Shown here one piece after another: positions 57,725 through 64,000 of a stretch of 64,000 bases of DNA. A model generated the notes under the pieces. It was not told the origin of the DNA and searched no databases. It saw only the letters and a list, made by a program, of their open reading frames with translations. A program made the position numbers and the translations under genes. Numbering within the stretch: position 1 is the first letter of the stretch; each line of letters starts with the position of its first letter. Origin of the DNA: an uncultured bacterium (GTDB lineage Bacteria; Verrucomicrobiota; Verrucomicrobiia; Verrucomicrobiales; DEV007); the NCBI GenBank assembly GCA_963977015.1, contig CAXBMO010000011.1:1-64000 (forward strand), given 5' to 3'.

Positions 57725-60700
57725 TTAGTCGTTGCTTCGAAGGGTTGCTTGCATAGAAGCTCCTGCGAGTTCGGCTGTGGGGCTGGGATTGTCAAGTCGC
57801 GACGAAATCATGGCTTGATCGGCCAACTCGCTACGAAGGGCATTGGCGCGGTTGCGAATGGCATTCAAGTAGGCGTTTCCAATGTTGTTGGACTGCCAGG
57901 GTTTGGCGTAAAACTTGTAGGCTTGGTCGAGTTCCTCTCGATCTGGTGACTGGATTCCCTTACGGACATACTCGCAAATCAGCAGGAGCAGCTGGCGATC
58001 GTCTCGCGAAATGACGGTTTCTGTATCTTGGCTCTGGCCAACAACGATCGCTCGAAGCGCTTCCTTGACGTTTCCGTCGGAAAAAGCGCGCGCGACGGTC
58101 AATTCCAGGGGGGCCTTGTCTTGCGGGATCTGGATTTCCTTCAGCATTTCGGCACAGAGTTCCGGATTGCCAAGCATGGCTTCGATCCAGGCTGCCCGGT
58201 AGGTCTGACTCAAATAAATGTTGTGGCGGGGATCGGTTGGTTCATTCCACTTCATTTTTTCTGCGGACTCGAGATAGCCGTCCAACTCCAATTTCGCTGC
58301 TTCCAGATTTCCAGAGACGAAAATGTGGTAGTCGGCAAATCGTTGCCGGAAGTTGGGGAGAAACGATTCCCATTGGCTAGCCTCCGCGAAATATTCCCAA
58401 TCTTCCGGGTTCGAAGCTTTTTCGATCGATTTCTCCAAGGCGAGTTCGGCGTTGTGGGCATTGCCGGAGAAATGCGCCGCGAGTGCCTTCAGGAGGTTGC
58501 AACGAATGTACTGCCGACACACGTCGAGATAGATTTCACTTTCTTCCGTCGGGCCGGGCAAGGAATTCGTTTCCGGGTCCTTTCCTTCTGCAATGACCCT
58601 GTCGATGGTTTTCTGTCGAGTCGCGGCGGCCAATTCCGCCTGTCGTTCGCTCTTGCCGAGCTTCCAAAACTCGAGATAAAAGTGAGCACGGTGCTGATTG
58701 ATGACCGCAGCGTAAAGATGGTCGTCGGGGCTGGGAGAACCGGCAAGTTGAATCGCGGGAAAGCAATCGCCCAACCGGCCCATCGCGCGGTTAAAGACCT
58801 CCTCGATCCGATCTTCGTCATAGTTGCCGACGCCCGATCGATCGGAAGCCTGGGTCATGGTTGACTGGCGGACCATGCTTTCCCCAAGTAGGGCCAAAAC
58901 GTAAACGTGCAGAAGGCTGTCCGTGACGGAGTGGAGATTGGTTTCCGCCTGCGTGAGTTTCTGGATGACATCGAGAAACTCGTTTCGGCGTTCGTAATGG
59001 AGACGAGCCGCGTCGGAATAACAAAGCCCGAGTAGTCCATCGACAATTTCGCCTTCGGCAGATTGCCGTTTGGCCCGCATTTCTTTGATGTAGAGCTCTT
59101 CGGCTTTCTTGAAGGCAAAGAGCGCGCGATCGTAGTCGTTGGAGGACTTTCCGAATCGACTCCTGATCGATTTTAGTTGTTCGAGACTGGCTGGATCATT
59201 GGTATCGTTGGGCGCAGGCTTGAGGCTGGTCAGGAGATTCGCGATCAAATGCCAGTCGGTTGCGCTGATTTCGGAACGTTTCGTGATCTGCGCGATGAGC
59301 TCGTAGCAGGCGGGCCTTCCCAATTCGCGAATGTATTGGCCTTGGTCGGCTTTCATCAAGTTGCCGATTTCGATCAACTTCGGAGTGAGCGGACTCGCGG
59401 ATCCTGGCAGCCACCGCTCCTTCAACTTGGAGTAAAAGTCCGATGCTTCGTGGGAAACGAGCATGTGATGCTTGAGATCCGCCAGATTCACCCCACGGCC
59501 CCGCTCCTTGTAAAACGTTCGCCGCATTTCCGGGGTAAACCAGGGCGAGACATCGAACCACCAGGACTGACCGTCCAGTGCCGGCGCCAGGCTGACGAAC
59601 AACGCCCGTTCCCGTTCCTGCGGTTGCCGAACGATCATATTGAAGAAGTAAAACCCCAAACCTACGAGAAGGAGAACGGCCGCGATCTTCATCGCATATT
59701 GGAAGCCCGGCCTCAGTTTCGGAACGATGTCGTAGACGGTTTCGACCTGATCCTGGAGCTTGACGGTCGCGCCAGCGATTTGGCGAACCTTGAAGCGCCG
59801 GTTTCGGTCGTTAATGTGGGTCCGGGCCGAGCCGGAGACACGGATGGCGCCGGGATAGGCCGAACCTGGCAGGACGTCCACCGCCTCGGCCGCAGCAGAG
59901 CCTTCCACCAATCCTTCTGTTTTCTCCATGACCAACCCGTAGTGAACCGCGCCCCGCGTTTGGTCTTTCGTGGCGCGCTTGACATCAATGAGAAACCGAA
60001 TGCCGTCCTGAACCCGCTCAAACGCGAAGACGCGGGTCAATTCTGAAACATCCTTGGAAATCTTGGCTTCCTTGCCCTTGGCGCGTTGGGCCGCGCGTTC
60101 AATCGCCGGAGCGAAGGTGTCGATCGCTTCACCGGCGCTCACTGCCGCCAGGGCTGCGGGTTTCAACTGGGTTTGTCCTTTGCCCTTGCGCGGCGTGCGC
60201 GGCTCCAACCCGGGCGGGCAATATTCCCAGACCTCGACATCTTCAACGATTCCCTGAAGGCTGACGGCGTTGTGGCGATGCACCTTGCCGTCGGAGGTTT
60301 CGTCGCCCAGCACGTCCTGAATCTGGAAGGCGACGGAAGGGGAGAGGATGATTTGATCTTCCTGGGAAAGGTCGTTCAAGCGATGAACCCGGTCGACAAA
60401 CGAGCCTTGCAGGGTGCCTTCGGCATTTCGCATGACCTTTCCCGTATCAATCGAAAGGTGATACTGAATGTGGGGACATTCGTAGCCTGCTGGCGCGGGA
60501 ATCCGATAAGGCTCTTTCAGCACTTCCAGCGTCCAGAGCCGGGCTGGGTCGGGATCGGGAAAGGAGAGAAAGCAGGAATCGCCGGTTTGATCGACGATGT
60601 TCCCGCCGAATTGTTTGGCCAGAGTCGCCGTGTATTCGCGAAACGGCTTGAGCACCTTGTTCTCATAATTGGCGAGGCGCTCTTCCTGATTCGCTCCCAT

Positions 60701-61330
60701 CAAGGGTTTGATGGAAGTGGAATGCAGGATGTCGATCACGACCAGCGACAACCGCACGATTTCGCCCTCCACTTCACCCGAAGCGCCGGTTTGCTGGATC
60801 GCGCGAAGCTGATAAATGCGGGTAGGGTCGCGATTTTCGAGCAACCGGTGGCGACCGAGAAGCAACACCTCCAATTCGCCCATGTCGCTGGCGGTCAAGC
60901 TTTCCGCGACTTCGTCTTCAATGTAAATTTCGTTGGGTCCCGCACCGCCGGCGAGGGCGTGCGCGTGGGCGACTCCCCGAAAGTCCTCCTCATCGCTCCC
61001 TCGCGACGAACAGGAAATTCCGACATAAAACTGGATCGGATCTTCCAGTCCCTTGGGAACAAAACGAATGCTGTTTTCGTCACTGCCGACGAGCGCTCTT
61101 GCGATCGTGATGATTTGGGATGATCCGCTCGTTTCGATCACGAACGGGCTCACCTTGTTCGAGAGAGAGGCGTTGTGTTCTCCGCACAGCTTCTGGAGCT
61201 TGTTGGCGACCGGGCGATCGACGCGCTGCAGATAGAGATCGGGATCTGCTGAATCTCCCAACTCCTTCTTCAAGGCGTCGGCGTTCGCGATATCGACAAC
61301 GATAACGAAGTTCTTTTCGATGTTTCTCAT
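57725..61330 (-). CDS. Large membrane-anchored protein with class III nucleotide cyclase domain(s) and a C-terminal helical/TPR-like region
   Basis: VVIDILHST...GDSCF...SIDTG...G..VDRVHRL...IILS...LQGI, flanking degenerate cyclase-like segments, one TM (IAAVLLLVGLGFYFF). Confidence 0.75.
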   Translation of the reverse strand: MRNIEKNFVIVVDIANADALKKELGDSADPDLYLQRVDRPVANKLQKLCGEHNASLSNKVSPFVIETSGSSQIITIARALVGSDENSIRFVPKGLEDPIQFYVGISCSSRGSDEEDFRGVAHAHALAGGAGPNEIYIEDEVAESLTASDMGELEVLLLGRHRLLENRDPTRIYQLRAIQQTGASGEVEGEIVRLSLVVIDILHSTSIKPLMGANQEERLANYENKVLKPFREYTATLAKQFGGNIVDQTGDSCFLSFPDPDPARLWTLEVLKEPYRIPAPAGYECPHIQYHLSIDTGKVMRNAEGTLQGSFVDRVHRLNDLSQEDQIILSPSVAFQIQDVLGDETSDGKVHRHNAVSLQGIVEDVEVWEYCPPGLEPRTPRKGKGQTQLKPAALAAVSAGEAIDTFAPAIERAAQRAKGKEAKISKDVSELTRVFAFERVQDGIRFLIDVKRATKDQTRGAVHYGLVMEKTEGLVEGSAAAEAVDVLPGSAYPGAIRVSGSARTHINDRNRRFKVRQIAGATVKLQDQVETVYDIVPKLRPGFQYAMKIAAVLLLVGLGFYFFNMIVRQPQERERALFVSLAPALDGQSWWFDVSPWFTPEMRRTFYKERGRGVNLADLKHHMLVSHEASDFYSKLKERWLPGSASPLTPKLIEIGNLMKADQGQYIRELGRPACYELIAQITKRSEISATDWHLIANLLTSLKPAPNDTNDPASLEQLKSIRSRFGKSSNDYDRALFAFKKAEELYIKEMRAKRQSAEGEIVDGLLGLCYSDAARLHYERRNEFLDVIQKLTQAETNLHSVTDSLLHVYVLALLGESMVRQSTMTQASDRSGVGNYDEDRIEEVFNRAMGRLGDCFPAIQLAGSPSPDDHLYAAVINQHRAHFYLEFWKLGKSERQAELAAATRQKTIDRVIAEGKDPETNSLPGPTEESEIYLDVCRQYIRCNLLKALAAHFSGNAHNAELALEKSIEKASNPEDWEYFAEASQWESFLPNFRQRFADYHIFVSGNLEAAKLELDGYLESAEKMKWNEPTDPRHNIYLSQTYRAAWIEAMLGNPELCAEMLKEIQIPQDKAPLELTVARAFSDGNVKEALRAIVVGQSQDTETVISRDDRQLLLLICEYVRKGIQSPDREELDQAYKFYAKPWQSNNIGNAYLNAIRNRANALRSELADQAMISSRLDNPSPTAELAGASMQATLRSND

Positions 61331-61492
61331 GGTTTGCCTCCGGTCTACACTACAATACCCAAAATACTATGGCAGGCAGGATTCTTGCAATTCTAAAATG
61401 ATGTTGGAATTGGGGGCTTGTCGCCTCAGTTTGGGACCCATTCAGGGGCGAATGCTGAGGCGAAAGGACGGGGGCGGACCTCCGGCCTCGCA

Positions 61493-62911
61493 TTAGCGAT
61501 CTCCCGGGTGAAGACCGTATTGGCGGAGTTTTTCGCGCAGGGTTAGCCGGGAAACTCCAAGCCAGCGAGCTGCTTTGGCCTGGTTGCCTCCCGAGCGTTT
61601 GATCGCCTGACCGTAGACTTCGCGCTCAAAATTGGCGGTTAGCTCGGGGAGGGCGGCTTCCAGTTCACCTTCCACCACCTTCGACAGCGTTTCGGCAACA
61701 AGTTGGTGAAAACTCGGGACCGACTCGCGTTCGCCCATTTCGGTATCCTCCAGGATTTCCCGGCAATCATGCCAGCCGATCGTGTAGCCGCGGGATGCCA
61801 GAAGTGCCCGGCGAATCACATTCTGAAGTTGGCGGATGTTTCCGGGCCAGTCCTGGTCCTGTAGAAATTCCACCGCTTTCGGTGCGATCGATGGGCTGTC
61901 GATCCCGTATTCCGTGGCAAAACGTGTCAGAAAGTAGTCGATCAGTGCCGGAATGTCTTCGCGGCGGTCGCGGAGCGGCGGGATCGTGACTTTCGCCACG
62001 TTCAATCGGTAGATCAGGTCTTCGCGAAATTCGCCGTCGGCGACCATCTTTTCCAGGTTGCGATGCGTCGCCGCAATAACCCGGACATCGACCGGGATGT
62101 CCTTGTTCGCGCCAACCCGCTGAATCGTCTTCTCTTGAAGGACGCGCAGCATCTTCGCCTGCAACGCGAGATTGAGGTCGCCAATCTCATCGAGAAACAG
62201 CGTTCCACCGTGAGCCTGCTCAAACCGGCCGACCCGCATTTTGTCGGCGCCGGTGAACGCGCCTTTTTCGTGACCAAAGAGTTCGCTCTCCAACAACGCA
62301 TCCGGGATGGAGGCGCAGTTGACCGCGACGAACGGTTTGTGGGCGCGGTGCCCGTGTTGGTAAATCGCCCGCGCGATTAGCTCCTTACCCGTCCCGGTCT
62401 CCCCGAGAATCAGCACCGTCACCGGTTGCGCCGCGATTCGACCCAATTGCTTGTAGATATCGCGCATTGCCCGGCTTTTGCCGACAATCGTGTCCTGATC
62501 CGGGTAGACTTCGCCAATTTCGACGGGTTTTGACATGCGGCGCGCGTCTTCCACCGCATTTTTCACGACATCGTTCAGTTCTTCGATGTCGATCGGCTTG
62601 AGCAGGCAGTCGTAGGCACCTGCCTGGATCGCGCCAATCGCGATATCGCTGCTTTGCTCCCTCGTTAGCATCACGATGGGGAGTTTGGGATGCTTGGTCT
62701 GGAATTCGCGAACCAGTTTCAGGCCGGAAAAACCCTCGAAAGAGAGCTCGGTCACCATACAGTCGAATTGGCCCTTCTTGAGCCAGGCTTCGGCTTCGTC
62801 CTGGCGACTCGTCGTGTCGCAGGAAAATCCGCGAACGCGCAGCAAATCCGCCAATTTTTCGGCTTCCTCCGCTTCATCGATGACGAGAATGTGAGCGTGG
62901 TTTGCTGGCAC
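61493..62911 (-). CDS. Sigma54-dependent enhancer-binding response regulator (NtrC family)
   Basis: GETGTGKE, ESELFGHEKGAFTGA, LFLDEIG, WPGNIRQL, Fis-type HTH. The GTG at 62911 was chosen as start. Confidence 0.93.
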   Translation of the reverse strand: MPANHAHILVIDEAEEAEKLADLLRVRGFSCDTTSRQDEAEAWLKKGQFDCMVTELSFEGFSGLKLVREFQTKHPKLPIVMLTREQSSDIAIGAIQAGAYDCLLKPIDIEELNDVVKNAVEDARRMSKPVEIGEVYPDQDTIVGKSRAMRDIYKQLGRIAAQPVTVLILGETGTGKELIARAIYQHGHRAHKPFVAVNCASIPDALLESELFGHEKGAFTGADKMRVGRFEQAHGGTLFLDEIGDLNLALQAKMLRVLQEKTIQRVGANKDIPVDVRVIAATHRNLEKMVADGEFREDLIYRLNVAKVTIPPLRDRREDIPALIDYFLTRFATEYGIDSPSIAPKAVEFLQDQDWPGNIRQLQNVIRRALLASRGYTIGWHDCREILEDTEMGERESVPSFHQLVAETLSKVVEGELEAALPELTANFEREVYGQAIKRSGGNQAKAARWLGVSRLTLREKLRQYGLHPGDR

Positions 62912-63126
62912 AGTTAGGGAGCATAGATCAGGTTGCGGATTCGCGCAATCGACAGGGTTTACCGATTCAACTTGGCAACCCAAGCCGATTTTCGTGCTCA
63001 GTCGCCTTCCATTTCGACCTCGTGGACGAACTGGGCGATTTCCACACCGCGTTGAGGCGGGTGAGACGAGGTCGCGGGGCAGGGGACGTGATTGCTGGGT
63101 GACAAGACTCAAAGGAAGGGCCATGG

Positions 63127-64000
63127 ATGACCAAACTCTCAAATTTTATGCTAACGACGATTCGCTCCTCCCTCATCCTTGCCCTTTTTTCGGCGGCGGG
63201 ATTGCTTCCCTGCCACGCTCAAAACAAAGCCTGGACACCGCCGCCGGTTCTGGAAATCCAGAAACTCATTCCCACTCAACCGGCAGAAGCCGCCGCGCTC
63301 ATTCGAAAATCCTGGGGAACCAAGGCGCTAACGACCAAAGCATTGCGGATCGAGAAAACGACCGTTTTGTGGGCCTCGCTCAATGATGAGCCAGTCGCGG
63401 TCGTCAATCCGGATTCGGGCGAGGTGATTGGCGAAATGGCGAAGCTGAATGAAGATGGCCTTCAAGCGCTGGCGATCACGTTTTCCAACGGGACATTGCT
63501 CAACTACCAATTGCGGGCAGGCGAAAAAGTTTTGGGTGGCGGATCGTTGAAGATCGAGCACTACGACTACCTGCCCGATTCCCTCAAGCAGGACGGAGTC
63601 CCGGAAGGGCAGGTTCATCGCCATGAGTGGAATGACTCGAAGATTTTCCCGGGCACACTGCGTGAGTATCTCGTCTACATTCCCGCGCAGTACGATGGCT
63701 CAAAGCCTGCTGCGCTGATGGTATTTCAGGATGGCTTGTGGCACGCCGATCCCAAGGGCGGGTTGCGCGCGCCAATCGTCTTCGACAATCTGATCGCCAA
63801 AGGTGAGATGCCGGTGACGATCGGTGTTTTCATCAGTCCAGGCCGCCTGGCTTCTCAAAAACCGGGTGATAAGCCGCGAAATCGCGGTTTCGAATACGAT
63901 TCCCTGGGGCCGGCCTACGTGAATTTTCTTCTCGAAGAGATCCTGCCGAACGTGGTCGCCGATCATGATTTAAACTTGAGCATGGATCCCGGGATGCGGG
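63127..64000 (+). CDS. Secreted esterase (enterochelin-esterase-like alpha/beta hydrolase), truncated at the window end and absent from the ORF track
   Basis: Manual translation is open from ATG 63127: signal peptide, DGVPEG, SKIFPGT, VYIPAQY, MVFQDG, FDNLIAKGEMPVTIGVFI, NRGFEYD. Confidence 0.85.
   Translation, partial: MTKLSNFMLTTIRSSLILALFSAAGLLPCHAQNKAWTPPPVLEIQKLIPTQPAEAAALIRKSWGTKALTTKALRIEKTTVLWASLNDEPVAVVNPDSGEVIGEMAKLNEDGLQALAITFSNGTLLNYQLRAGEKVLGGGSLKIEHYDYLPDSLKQDGVPEGQVHRHEWNDSKIFPGTLREYLVYIPAQYDGSKPAALMVFQDGLWHADPKGGLRAPIVFDNLIAKGEMPVTIGVFISPGRLASQKPGDKPRNRGFEYDSLGPAYVNFLLEEILPNVVADHDLNLSMDPGMR

Noticed and set aside
61374-61389. Sigma54-like motif AGGCAGGATTCTTGCA on the plus strand
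   Set aside because: The spacing is right, but it points away from the cyclase gene and into the 3' end of the regulator, with no sense target.
62994-63386. ORF containing LDTAAGSG, resembling a methyltransferase remnant
   Set aside because: It overlaps, in another frame, the signal-peptide N-terminus of the esterase gene starting at 63127.

Overview
GC-rich bacterial chromosomal segment. Gene content (DUF1501 plus a DUF1549/DUF1553 planctomycete-cytochrome-c protein, sulfatases, SHD1/DUF1570-type peptidase, EF-hand secreted proteins, a PBP2) points to the PVC superphylum, most likely Verrucomicrobiota; this is an inference. About 45 CDS are supported, including rpmI, rplT, pheS, pheT, leuC, folA, thyA, gltB, pdxH and hpt. 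I saw no rRNA, tRNA, CRISPR array or transposase. Top observations: (1) a selenoprotein hidden from the ORF track, a secreted deiodinase-like CxxU protein at 34131-35408 with an in-frame UGA followed by a bacterial SECIS-like hairpin; (2) a four-gene cluster at 54709-61330 with a Pycsar-effector-like membrane protein, an ATP-grasp ligase, an EamA transporter and a 1201-aa membrane-anchored multi-domain class III nucleotide cyclase with non-canonical specificity residues; (3) a candidate ~125-nt structured sRNA with anti-Shine-Dalgarno-like CCUCC motifs between folA and an orphan NarL-type regulator; (4) a tandem pair of papain/NlpC-like paralogs behind a sigma54-type promoter, one with a Cys-to-Ser swap; (5) a degenerate MreB paralog behind an AT-rich palindromic region; (6) a toxin-antitoxin pair inserted between pheS and pheT; (7) a zinc-ribbon fused to a PI3K/HipA-like kinase domain. 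All family calls come from motif recognition by eye; no database searches were run.
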